Assembly (NCBI GenBank): GCA_963693055.1
Contig: OY843751.1
Span: 384,001 to 448,000 of the forward strand
Length of the DNA stretch: 64,000 nt
Direction: 5' to 3'
Source of the DNA: a bacterium
GTDB lineage: Bacteria > Zhuqueibacterota > Zhuqueibacteria > Residuimicrobiales > Krinioviventaceae
Every line of letters starts with the position of its first letter. The first letter of the stretch is position 1. The translations under genes and the position numbers were made by a program. The notes beneath the pieces were generated by a model that saw only the letters and a program-made list of their open reading frames with translations, did not search any database and had not been told where the DNA came from. This document shows positions 1-9,440 of this stretch, piece after piece.

Positions 1-20
1 GATAGTGAGTAATTTTTACT

Positions 21-277
21 ACAAACCGCAAAGTACGCCAAGAATGCTCCGAGAACGCAGAGGAAAAAATATCCAAAATGATCGTGACAGAGACCCTCTC
101 TGTCACGATCTTGGGTTGTGCTTTTATCCGTGTTTATCTGCGTTCATCTGTGGTTCATTTCAACAGAATGAAATCAAGAGTATTAAAAATCCACTCGCAG
201 AGTACAAAACCATTGGGCAAAAGTAGATTTTTATTCTTTACGCCCATTGCGTTGCCTCCGCGATCTCTGCGTTTTGT
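21..277. repeat. Composite degenerate inverted-repeat element (REP/MITE-like) with an internal perfect hairpin and a 10-mer periodic tract
   Basis: Arms 21-62 and 236-277 are ungapped imperfect inverted repeats (24/42 by hand). Perfect 14-bp stem gatcgtgacagaga-ccc-tctctgtcacgatc at 80-110. Tract atccgtgttt/atctgcgttc/atctgtggtt at 126-155. Confidence 0.6.
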
Positions 278-353
278 CATTTCTTTTCCTTTTGCTTGAT
301 TTTTTGTGTTGAAACTGCTAATATATAATCTGAACAAGTAGTTGGAGGTTGTA

Positions 354-2384
354 ATGAAGCGTATTCTATTCCTGATTCTGGTCCCCATATTGTTATTTGC
401 GCAAAACAGTGTTATACTGTTTCATGATGATTTTAGCGAACTGCCACGCGGTCCTTTTTCTGTTGTTGTGGGTGCCCACACCGAGTACCATTATTTGCAT
501 GAAGCTGCCCCCAAAGGCAACTGGGCGGTGAGCACCTTTCGTTTCAGTCCCGAAAACATGCGCGCGTGGCAGGTGCGTGATGTGGACGACGACCGCATGA
601 TGTTCCAAACCTTTACCAACAAAGATACCCATACGCATCCCATGATTGTGGCGGGTGACAGTCTGTGGAAGGATTATACCGTTAAAGTCAAATTCTCGCC
701 AGAGAATAAGAATGGGCAAAGCGGGATGATCTTTCGATATCACAATGATCGCTGTAATTATTTTTTTGGTGTGAATGGAGACAAGGCAATCCTGAAAAAA
801 GTCAATCATGGCATTGCGTTCCGCACAGCAAACGAAACCATTCTGGCCGAATCACCCTGTTCCTGGAGTGCCGGTCAATGGCTGACCGCAACCGTGACTG
901 TTAACGGCAGTTCCATAACTGCAGAGCTGGATAATGGCGTAAAACTTGAGGTTGAGGATGGCACCTTTCCTCAGGGCAGAATTGCGCTAATGGCAGACAT
1001 TCCCACTCGATACACTGAGGTTGTGGTTACCTCTACAATATCTGAAAGGCAACGTGTTGAAAAATTGAGCGGCAAATATGCCAAAATTGAGGCGGACCTG
1101 CAGGCTGCTAATCCCAAGCCGGTTGTCTGGAAAAAGATCAATACCACCGGGTTTGGCGTGGGACGTTGTGTGCGTTTTGGTGATTTGAACAATGATGGGC
1201 AGATCGATGTGTTGATAGGGCAGGTTTTGAATCATGGCCACAAGGACAGAAACAGCGAGCTGAGCTGTATGACTGCCATGACTTTTGACGGTGAACGCCT
1301 CTGGCAAATCGGTGAGCAGGACCTGTGGAAAGACAATCTTACCAGCGATGTTGGCTTTCAGATCCATGATATTAATAACGATGGCAAGACCGAGGTTGTT
1401 TATACCCGCAATTTTGAAATTATTGTAGCTGATGGCGCAACCGGCAAAACGCTGTACATAGCGCCTACACCGGATGTACCCAACGGGATGTCTCCTTCCG
1501 GGGAAAATAAATTTGAAAAGATATTAGGAGACTGTATCTATTTTTGTGATCTGCGCGGCAGGGGATATGATTCGGACATTATTCTCAAAGACCGGTATAA
1601 AGATCTGTGGGCCTATACCGACAAGCTGGAGCTGATGTGGCACGCATCGTGCAAAACCGGGCATTATCCCTTTGCTTATGATATGGATAATGACGGCAAG
1701 GATGAATTGGCAATTGGATATTCTCTAATTGATGATGACGGCTCCTTCATCTGGAACAAGGATGATGTGATTAGCGACCATGCGGATGGAGTGGCTATTC
1801 TACAGATGGAAGAAGGAACGAGTCCCATATTGTTCAACTCGGCAAGCGATGAAGGAATGATCTTTATGGATCTTGATGGTAACATCCTTAAGCATCATTT
1901 TCTGGGACATGTTCAAAATCCTGCTGCTGCCAATTTCAGAGATGATCTGCCGGGATTAGAGTTGGTATCTATCAATTTCTGGGGAAACCAGGGTATAATC
2001 CACTATTATAATTCTGATGGAGAGGTTTATCAGGATATTGAACCCAATCAATATGGCAGCATGTGTTTGCCCATAAACTGGACAGGCAAGTCAGAAGAGT
2101 TTTTTGTTCATAATCCCAATGTGGATGAAGGCGGAATGTTTGACGGCTGGGGCCGCAAGGTCGTTGTATTCCCGGATGACGGACACCCGGACATGTGTAA
2201 CGCGGTATTGGATATTACCGGCGATTGCCGGGACGAAGTTGTGGTATGGGACCAATATGAAATGTGGGTCTATACCCAGGATGATAATCCCAAATCCGGC
2301 AAGCTATACAAACCCAAACGCAATCATTTGTACAATATATCAAACTATCAGGCAACGGTATCGTTACCCGGATGGTCGAAATAA
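354..2384 (+). CDS. Secreted protein: N-terminal DUF1080/ConA-like domain plus FG-GAP beta-propeller resembling rhamnogalacturonan lyase PL11
   Basis: GGAGG RBS before ATG 354; signal peptide MKRILFLILVPILLFA; repeated Ca-binding motifs GDLNNDGQID, HDINNDGKTE, YDMDNDGKDE, DITGDCRDE. Confidence 0.7.
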   Translation: MKRILFLILVPILLFAQNSVILFHDDFSELPRGPFSVVVGAHTEYHYLHEAAPKGNWAVSTFRFSPENMRAWQVRDVDDDRMMFQTFTNKDTHTHPMIVAGDSLWKDYTVKVKFSPENKNGQSGMIFRYHNDRCNYFFGVNGDKAILKKVNHGIAFRTANETILAESPCSWSAGQWLTATVTVNGSSITAELDNGVKLEVEDGTFPQGRIALMADIPTRYTEVVVTSTISERQRVEKLSGKYAKIEADLQAANPKPVVWKKINTTGFGVGRCVRFGDLNNDGQIDVLIGQVLNHGHKDRNSELSCMTAMTFDGERLWQIGEQDLWKDNLTSDVGFQIHDINNDGKTEVVYTRNFEIIVADGATGKTLYIAPTPDVPNGMSPSGENKFEKILGDCIYFCDLRGRGYDSDIILKDRYKDLWAYTDKLELMWHASCKTGHYPFAYDMDNDGKDELAIGYSLIDDDGSFIWNKDDVISDHADGVAILQMEEGTSPILFNSASDEGMIFMDLDGNILKHHFLGHVQNPAAANFRDDLPGLELVSINFWGNQGIIHYYNSDGEVYQDIEPNQYGSMCLPINWTGKSEEFFVHNPNVDEGGMFDGWGRKVVVFPDDGHPDMCNAVLDITGDCRDEVVVWDQYEMWVYTQDDNPKSGKLYKPKRNHLYNISNYQATVSLPGWSK

Positions 2385-2389
2385 TTTTT

Positions 2390-2428
2390 AAAAAGCCTTT
2401 CCTTGAATAAATAGAGGAAAGGCTTTTT
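2390..2428 (+). terminator. Rho-independent terminator
   Basis: aaaaagcctttcct...aggaaaggcttttt hairpin directly after the stop codon. Confidence 0.85.
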
Positions 2429-2812
2429 GGTTTATAAGATTGTGTGTTGTTTAAGCGGGGGAATATGTGATTTGTACCTGGTCTCCACTAGATATATAAA
2501 AAAACTGTATCACTCGAAAATATTTGTAAATCCCGTAATTGGCAAAGAATCCATATAGGCTTTGGTAGTGTATTGATATTTTTGTTCAATTATAAATGAA
2601 TAAATTAATAGAGCATGGGCACACTAGTATGGTTTTATGATTGAAAGAATGTTGGATAAAGGTCAAGTTTTGCAAAAGGTTGTCTGGTTGGATAATATAA
2701 TAGGGTTTGAGAAATAAAAAAAAGTTCTTTTTATTGAAACAATTTATAATTATATTAGTATACGATATATATAATTTTTTACAAAAAATGTAAGGTTTGA
2801 GGTTTTTCGTAA

Positions 2813-3424
2813 ATGGAATTTAATTTCAACAATATTGAAGGAAGTAAAAAGTATAAACAGCTCTTGAACACAGCCAAAGATTTATTTTTTAAATATGGAT
2901 TAAATCGTGTGTCTGTTGAAGAGGTTTGTGAAAAAGCCAATGTCAGTAAAATGACGTTTTATAAATATTTTGATAACAAGCTGGCTCTGATGATCTTTAT
3001 CCTGCAATCTTTTTACGATTGGGGCGCTCAAGTATTTTTAGAGATTTGGGAGTCTGATACCAATTTTGGAGAAAAAATCAAGCAAGCAGTACGATTTAAA
3101 ATGCAACTCACCCGTGAGTTGGGTGATGATATGGTGCTGGAATTAATGAACTCGTCTTATCCGGAAATTAAAGAATTTTTGAAAAAACAGCAGGATTTTT
3201 GGATCCAAAAACTATTAACATTTTTTGTAGAAGCGCAAATCAATGGCGAGATACGCGAGGATGTTAAACCCGAGTTTATTTTATTTGTGCTTACCCAGGT
3301 GGCATCGTGGGCCGAGAATGAGCATTTGTTGGCATTGTATGACGATCCACGTGATCTGATCCGTGAAGTGCTCAATTTTTATATTAACGGATTGATTATT
3401 AAAGAACAAATAGTAAGTGATTAA
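2813..3424 (+). CDS. TetR/AcrR family transcriptional regulator
   Basis: N-terminal HTH LFFKYGLNRVSVEEVCEKANVSKMTFYKYFDNK; 203 aa. Confidence 0.93.
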   Translation: MEFNFNNIEGSKKYKQLLNTAKDLFFKYGLNRVSVEEVCEKANVSKMTFYKYFDNKLALMIFILQSFYDWGAQVFLEIWESDTNFGEKIKQAVRFKMQLTRELGDDMVLELMNSSYPEIKEFLKKQQDFWIQKLLTFFVEAQINGEIREDVKPEFILFVLTQVASWAENEHLLALYDDPRDLIREVLNFYINGLIIKEQIVSD

Positions 3425-3440
3425 TTTTAAAAAATTAAAA

Positions 3441-3587
3441 ACAAACCGCAATGGTCGCAACGAAAACGCAAAGATCGCAATGGAAACTTGAATTTGTGTA
3501 ATAGATATCATGGCTCTAGAGATCAATGATCAAAGTTGTAATTTCCTTTGCGTACTCTGCAAATCCATTACGACCTTGGCAGTTTGT
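3441..3587. repeat. Degenerate inverted-repeat element of the same family as 21-277
   Basis: Arms 3441-3486 and 3542-3587 match 33/46 without gaps. Both elements begin acaaaccgca. Confidence 0.7.
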
Positions 3588-3606
3588 CTTTAATGAATGA
3601 ATTGAA

Positions 3607-4812
3607 ATGAAAATACTATTGAAATACAAAATTTTATTTTTTATCGGTGTATCTCTAGTTTCTACTGCTTTTGCACAAAATTTGGAATGGAGCGGGCAGA
3701 TATCCGGTTGGGGGATGGTAAACCGTACGGATGAAACTGAATATCAATTAGGTGTACGGTATTTGCCAGAGGTTTATACCTCTATTTATCAGGGCAATAC
3801 TATCTCGGTCGACGCGGAATTTTCTGCAAATCTATTCGGCTATCGTGATTTTGATGCCGGTAATACGGACCATGATGAAAAGTTGTATCGTGCCTGGCTG
3901 CGTTTCAGCACATCTACATTTGAGGCGCGGATCGGATTGCAAAAAATTAATTTTGGTCCTGCATTTGTGCTGAGATCGTTAATGTGGTTCGATTCACTGG
4001 ATCCCCGTGATCCCCAGCAGCTTACAGACGGTGTATATGGTGTGCTGATGCGATATTATTTCCTCAACAATGCCAATATCTGGCTGTGGGGACTGCTCCG
4101 GAATGATGAACTAAAGGGAACCGAGTTTATTTACAGCGACAAGCACACACCTGAATGGGGCGGCAGGATTCAGCATCCGCTGGGCCAGGGAGAGGTTGCA
4201 ATTACGGTACATTATCGGGAAACCGATATCAATAAAACCATTGACAGCTATATACAGTTGCCATTTGCATTGGATATACCCAATATCACAGAGCAGCGAT
4301 ATGCCCTGGACGGAAAATGGGACTATGAACTGGGATTCTGGTTCGAAGCGGTATCCAGTCATTTTGAATTAAAAGATTTGGCTGATCATCCCCTGTTACA
4401 GTTTACGTCCATGATGAATAACAGTGCATTCGATTTTTTGAATACAGAGTATTTGAACCAGTTTACCCTGGGTTCTGATTATACCTTTGGATGGGGTAAT
4501 GGATTGCATGTTTTGGGTGAGTATATGTTTTTAAATATGGGTGAATTCGTCTCTTTTGAACAAGACTATACTTTTTCTGCGGTTTTACTCGATTATCCTT
4601 TGAATATGTTTGATCAGCTTATGGGGCTCATGTACTATGATCATGAAAACAAAAACGCTTACTGGTACGCAAACTGGCAGCGGACCTACGACCATTGGTC
4701 GATGAACCTGATGGCCTTTCATTATCCTGAAACGCCGGGCATGGCATTTATGGGAAGAAATCAGGCCAGCCTGGGAAAGGGAATGCAGGTACTATTGATT
4801 TACAATCATTAG
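3607..4812 (+). CDS. Putative outer-membrane beta-barrel protein associated with an ABC transporter
   Basis: Signal peptide ending AFA-Q; aromatic-rich amphipathic strands; ARIGLQKINFG / FDSLDPRDP motif; C-terminal ...LLIYNH strand. Confidence 0.65.
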   Translation: MKILLKYKILFFIGVSLVSTAFAQNLEWSGQISGWGMVNRTDETEYQLGVRYLPEVYTSIYQGNTISVDAEFSANLFGYRDFDAGNTDHDEKLYRAWLRFSTSTFEARIGLQKINFGPAFVLRSLMWFDSLDPRDPQQLTDGVYGVLMRYYFLNNANIWLWGLLRNDELKGTEFIYSDKHTPEWGGRIQHPLGQGEVAITVHYRETDINKTIDSYIQLPFALDIPNITEQRYALDGKWDYELGFWFEAVSSHFELKDLADHPLLQFTSMMNNSAFDFLNTEYLNQFTLGSDYTFGWGNGLHVLGEYMFLNMGEFVSFEQDYTFSAVLLDYPLNMFDQLMGLMYYDHENKNAYWYANWQRTYDHWSMNLMAFHYPETPGMAFMGRNQASLGKGMQVLLIYNH

Positions 4813-4844
4813 CAGACAAAATCAGTTGAATAAAGGAAGTGGTT

Positions 4845-5546
4845 ATGAACAATTCCATTTTAATTGAAATGAAAGACATTGTTAAAGCGTATCCCATGGG
4901 CGGGCAAAAATTGATAGCGCTTGACCATGTCAATCTCGAGTTTAAAAGCGGTGAATTTACCGGTATTGTGGGGCCCAGTGGATCGGGTAAAACCACATTG
5001 TTAAATATTATTGGTACACTTGACAATCCCACGGCAGGTACTGCAAAAGTACTTGAGAAAAATGTTGAAACATTATCACATAAACAGGCTGCAGAGTTGA
5101 GGAATTTGTATCTGGGTTTTATTTTTCAAACCTACAACTTGTTACCGGTCTATACGGTTTATGAGAATGTGGAATTTCCACTCTTGCTACAGGGAATGAC
5201 TGCATCGGAACGGAAGGAAAAGGTGATGCAGGCATTGGAATGGGTAGGTTTGGCTGATCGTCATAAATCGAAACCGACCCAACTTTCTGGCGGACAAAGC
5301 CAGCGTGTATCCATTGCAAGAGCGATTGTTAAAAATCCCAGAATAGTGCTGGCAGACGAGCCTACCGCCAACCTGGATGCAGAAAACTCGCATAATATAC
5401 TTCAAGTTATGAAAGAATTAAACCAGGACCTGGGCATTACGTTTTTGTTCTCAACCCATGATGATAAAGTCGTACAATACCTTGACCGTAAAATAACATT
5501 GGATGACGGTAAGGTTGTACTGGATGAAAAAGCAGTAAAGGGGTGA
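4845..5546 (+). CDS. ABC transporter ATP-binding protein (LolD/MacB-type)
   Basis: Walker A GPSGSGKT, signature LSGGQ, Walker B ADEPT, H-loop STH; [10 protein letters not shown]. Confidence 0.95.
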   Translation: MNNSILIEMKDIVKAYPMGGQKLIALDHVNLEFKSGEFTGIVGPSGSGKTTLLNIIGTLDNPTAGTAKVLEKNVETLSHKQAAELRNLYLGFIFQTYNLLPVYTVYENVEFPLLLQGMTASERKEKVMQALEWVGLADRHKSKPTQLSGGQSQRVSIARAIVKNPRIVLADEPTANLDAENSHNILQVMKELNQDLGITFLFSTHDDKVVQYLDRKITLDDGKVVLDEKAVKG

Positions 5547-6724
5547 ATGTTATGTTGATTCCTAATCTTGCTATAAAGAATTTACTGGGTGCGGGACTTC
5601 GTACCTGGTTGAATGTATTTGTGCTTTCATTGTCCTTTGTTGCAATAATCGGAATGCAGGGGTTGTATGAGGGCATGAACCGTCAGGCCAGTACCGCTTT
5701 GATGCAGAGTGAATATGGCGGCGGGCAGTATTGGCAAAAAGATTATGATCCATATGATCCATTAACATTCGAAGACAGTCATGGCGAATTACCCGCTGCA
5801 CTAGCTGATCAGGTAACAGCGGGTAATGCTCTACCCGTGCTTGTGACTCAGGCAACCGCTTACCCCAATGGCAGATTGTTGACGGTTATGATTAAAGGCG
5901 TATTGCCTGAGCAAGATGTTCTGGATTTTCCTACAAAAGCATTACTGGGTTCTGACTCGGACCTTCCGGTTATGATTGGCTCGAGGATGGCTAAAAACGC
6001 CAAGCTTGCAATAGGTGACCTGGTTACCGTACGCTGGCGTGATGCCAATGGTGTTTTTGATGCGGTTGACGCTGAAATTGTGCATATATTTAAAACGACT
6101 GTTTCAAGTATAGATGTCGGACAAATGTGGGTGCCGCTTGATGTGTTGCAGCAGAATATGCAAATGCCCGGACATGCTACATTGGTAGTAGTTAAGCCCG
6201 GTTTAGAATTGAATGATAATTACAATAACTGGAGTTTTAAAAGTCTGGATTTTTTACTCGCGGATATTAAAGCCCTGGTAAAATCCAAATCTGCGGGCGC
6301 TTCTTTTCTGTATGCCATGCTCATGTTTCTGGCCATGCTGGCTATTTTTGACACGCAGGTGTTATCCATAGTGAGAAGGAGAAAAGAGATCGGGATGTTG
6401 ATTGCAATGGGAATGACCCGTAACCGGGTGATCCGTTTGTTTACAGTAGAGGGAGCCATGCATGGAGTTTTTGCGGCTCTTTTCGCATTGTTGTATGGCG
6501 GTCCCTTGTTGACCTGGTTTTCCAGGGTTGGCTGGAAACTGCCTGATTATTCCGATGATTTTGGTATAGCCATCAGCGAACGACTGTTTCCGGTCTATAC
6601 CATTGGTTTGGTGGCTGGAACTGTGTTGATTGTTTTGATAACAACCACCATTATCAGTTTTTTGCCAACACGTCGTATCTCTAAAATGAAACCTACGGAT
6701 GCATTAAGAGGAAAAAGAATATGA
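5543..6724 (+). CDS. FtsX/LolC-LolE-type ABC permease (start may be ATG 5552)
   Basis: One N-terminal TM, large periplasmic domain, RRRKEIGMLIAMGM motif, three C-terminal TMs, KMKPTDALR end. Confidence 0.9.
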   Translation: MNVMLIPNLAIKNLLGAGLRTWLNVFVLSLSFVAIIGMQGLYEGMNRQASTALMQSEYGGGQYWQKDYDPYDPLTFEDSHGELPAALADQVTAGNALPVLVTQATAYPNGRLLTVMIKGVLPEQDVLDFPTKALLGSDSDLPVMIGSRMAKNAKLAIGDLVTVRWRDANGVFDAVDAEIVHIFKTTVSSIDVGQMWVPLDVLQQNMQMPGHATLVVVKPGLELNDNYNNWSFKSLDFLLADIKALVKSKSAGASFLYAMLMFLAMLAIFDTQVLSIVRRRKEIGMLIAMGMTRNRVIRLFTVEGAMHGVFAALFALLYGGPLLTWFSRVGWKLPDYSDDFGIAISERLFPVYTIGLVAGTVLIVLITTTIISFLPTRRISKMKPTDALRGKRI

Positions 6725-7992
6725 TCCGATTTTTAATAAAAGGTTTATTGCGGGAGCGCTCACGGAGCCTGTTCCCCATATTGATTGTAGCCGCAGGGGT
6801 AACCTTGTGTGTACTGGTCAATACCTGGATGCAAGGTGTGCAGAATGATGCTTTATGGTCAAATGCGGTGTTTGTGAATGGCCATGAACGCGTTACCACA
6901 CAAGCCTATCTGGATGAAATTGACCAGATGCCCATTGATCTGGCTTTGCTGGATGTGACAATGCTTTTGGATACATTAAATTCACAATATCCGCAAATGT
7001 ACTGGTCCCCCCGGATCCGTTTTGGCGGATTGCTTGATATTCCGGACGAAAAGGGAGAAACCCGTTCACAGTCGCCTGTTTTGGGTATGGCGCTTGATCT
7101 TATAGGCAAAGAAACGCAGGATATTGATCTGATGAATTTTAATGATTCGTTGATCAGAGGCAGGCTGCCAGAACAACCGGGAGAGATCTTGATCAGTGAT
7201 TTGCTTGCGCATCGGCTCGATGTAGAGCCGGGTGAGACTGCAACCATTATCACTACATCCATGTATGGCAGTATGGTCATGTATAATTTTAAAATCGCCG
7301 GTACCATAAAATTTGGTATAACCGCACTAGACCGCAGCTTGATTGTAACGGATATTACGGATGCACAGAGAGCATTGGATATGCCGGATGCTGCTAGTGA
7401 GATATTGGGATTTTCTATGGACCGGGTATTTCATCCTGAAAAATGTGAGACGATTAAAAACAGTTTTAATAATCAGTTTACTCTGGCAGATGAATTTACC
7501 CCGATTATGCAGAAATTGACAGATGATCAATCCATGGGTGAAATGTTTAAAATATTCGGTTCTGTCATCTGGTTTGCATTTGTTTTCTTTGTATTTGTTA
7601 TGTCTATTGTTTTGTGGAATGCGGGCTTGATGGCGAGCATTCGCCGTTATGGTGAGATTGGTGTTCGTTTGGCTATTGGTGAAGAAAAAGGACATGTGTA
7701 TCGTTCCATGTTGTTGGAATCCATAGCAATTGGAGTTGCAGGTACAATATTGGGTACGGGTTTAGGGCTGGCAATATCATATTATTTACAGATTGTTGGT
7801 GTAGATATTTCATCCATGATGAACGATGCAACTGCACTCATGTCTGACGTAATGCGGGCAAGAGTAACTCCCGAAAGTTATGTTGTAGGATTTATACCGG
7901 GTGTTGTAGCTCCATTTATTGGGACCATGATCTCCGGCATGGGTATCTATAAAAGGCAAACGTATCAATTGTTCAAGGAGCTTGAAGTATGA
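6721..7992 (+). CDS. FtsX/LolC-LolE-type ABC permease
   Basis: Same topology; RRYGEIGVRLAIGE motif; ATGA overlaps with both neighbours. Confidence 0.9.
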   Translation: MIRFLIKGLLRERSRSLFPILIVAAGVTLCVLVNTWMQGVQNDALWSNAVFVNGHERVTTQAYLDEIDQMPIDLALLDVTMLLDTLNSQYPQMYWSPRIRFGGLLDIPDEKGETRSQSPVLGMALDLIGKETQDIDLMNFNDSLIRGRLPEQPGEILISDLLAHRLDVEPGETATIITTSMYGSMVMYNFKIAGTIKFGITALDRSLIVTDITDAQRALDMPDAASEILGFSMDRVFHPEKCETIKNSFNNQFTLADEFTPIMQKLTDDQSMGEMFKIFGSVIWFAFVFFVFVMSIVLWNAGLMASIRRYGEIGVRLAIGEEKGHVYRSMLLESIAIGVAGTILGTGLGLAISYYLQIVGVDISSMMNDATALMSDVMRARVTPESYVVGFIPGVVAPFIGTMISGMGIYKRQTYQLFKELEV

Positions 7993-8723
7993 AAGCATGG
8001 ATGGTTTTTAGTATATGGCTGGGTGTTGCAGCATCGGTTTTTGCAATCACCGGTAATGAGATACTGGATAAGGTTGATGATAATATAACCTCTGATAATA
8101 AAATTGCAACATCAAAAATGATTATACATGGCAGGCGAAATGACAGGACTGTCGAGTCGCGTTCGTGGGTGCAGGGGACCTCGCAATCTTTTACAGAATA
8201 CCTGGCCCCGGCTAGAGAAAAGGGTACCAAGATGCTCAAGCTCAAAGATGAATTGTGGACCTATTCACCCCAAACGGACCGTACCATTCGTATTGCCGGG
8301 CACATGCTGCGTCAATCCGTGATGGGTTCGGATCTTTCGTATGAAGATTTTATGGAAGATCCCCGGTTGTTGAATTTGTATGATGCAGATATTGATAGTG
8401 AGGTGGTTTACAATGACAGGGCCTGCTGGATTTTAAAACTCACGGCTAAGTCTGATGATGTTTCGTATTACACAAGAAGGGTCTGGGTGGACAAGGAGCG
8501 GTTTATACTGTTAAAGGAAAACCGTTACGCCAAAAGCGGCAAGCTGCTTAAAACAACAGAGGTTAAGTCTGTAAAATGGATGGACAACCGCTGGGTACCG
8601 GTTCATGTTGTTTTCAAAGATGCTCTGCAAAAGGGCAAGGGAACCGAGTTTATTATTGAGACCATCCAATTCAACCAGGTCATACCGGATCATGTATTTT
8701 CTAAAGCATCGTTAAGGAGATAG
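7989..8723 (+). CDS. LolA-like 'outer membrane lipoprotein-sorting' periplasmic protein
   Basis: Signal peptide; PAREKGTKML, LWTYSP, SVMGSDLSYED, GKLLKT motifs and IPDHVFS..SL end. Confidence 0.85.
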   Translation: MKAWMVFSIWLGVAASVFAITGNEILDKVDDNITSDNKIATSKMIIHGRRNDRTVESRSWVQGTSQSFTEYLAPAREKGTKMLKLKDELWTYSPQTDRTIRIAGHMLRQSVMGSDLSYEDFMEDPRLLNLYDADIDSEVVYNDRACWILKLTAKSDDVSYYTRRVWVDKERFILLKENRYAKSGKLLKTTEVKSVKWMDNRWVPVHVVFKDALQKGKGTEFIIETIQFNQVIPDHVFSKASLRR

Positions 8724-8788
8724 CATCAAAAAAATGCTGCTTTTTTTTAAAATAATTGAAACATGAAGGAGAACAATCCGTATTGTAT

Positions 8789-8802
8789 CTACCGAACGGT
8801 AG
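8789..8802. promoter_or_regulatory. Probable TetR operator
   Basis: Perfect palindrome CTACCG-AA-CGGTAG 25 bp upstream of the TetR start codon. Confidence 0.65.
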
Positions 8803-8827
8803 GTAAAATAAAAAAAGCAGTATTACA

Positions 8828-9421
8828 ATGCCCAACCCAGAGAATATCGAGAGTGCAAAGAAAAAGATTTTTTTAGCGGCCGCAAAACTTTTTGCGGACA
8901 AGGGTTTTAACGCGGCTTCCATGCGCGAAATTTCAGAAATGTCCGGTTTTTCAAAACCAACAATTTACTATTATTTTGGCAGCAAAGAAGGAATTTATTC
9001 CGAGCTGGTTTCAACCAGCATCCATCAAATTCTTTCAGTTGTCGAACAAGTAAATAATCTAGAGCTACCGATTATTGAAAAGTTGAGAGTGTTTGCCAAA
9101 TTGTATTTTAAACATACAATAGAACACCCTGAATTTGCCCGGTTTACAATCAACTTGAGTTTATCTGCAGAGAATCGGGGTTGCAATGTGCAGGAAATAA
9201 GTAATGTTACAAACGATCAGGATGTGGTAACAGTTTTATTCAAAGAAGGAATAGAAAAAGGTGAGTTGAAAAGTAATATAGACCCGGAAGTCGCGGCCAT
9301 GACCTATGGCGGCGCAATTATGCATTATACATTTTACTATCTTGCCGGTGATAGTGTAAAGCTGGATGATGATCTGGCTGATTCAATTGTAGATATGATA
9401 GTTACCGGTATCGGAGTGTAA
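8828..9421 (+). CDS. TetR/AcrR family transcriptional regulator
   Basis: HTH LFADKGFNAASMREISEMSGFSKPTIYYYFGSKE. Confidence 0.95.
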   Translation: MPNPENIESAKKKIFLAAAKLFADKGFNAASMREISEMSGFSKPTIYYYFGSKEGIYSELVSTSIHQILSVVEQVNNLELPIIEKLRVFAKLYFKHTIEHPEFARFTINLSLSAENRGCNVQEISNVTNDQDVVTVLFKEGIEKGELKSNIDPEVAAMTYGGAIMHYTFYYLAGDSVKLDDDLADSIVDMIVTGIGV

Positions 9422-9440
9422 TACTATATTGGAGGAAACA

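Noticed and set aside
5-388. Three short ORFs at the window start
   Set aside because: They translate the palindromic repeat element or overlap the next gene's start; no RBS or protein-like features.
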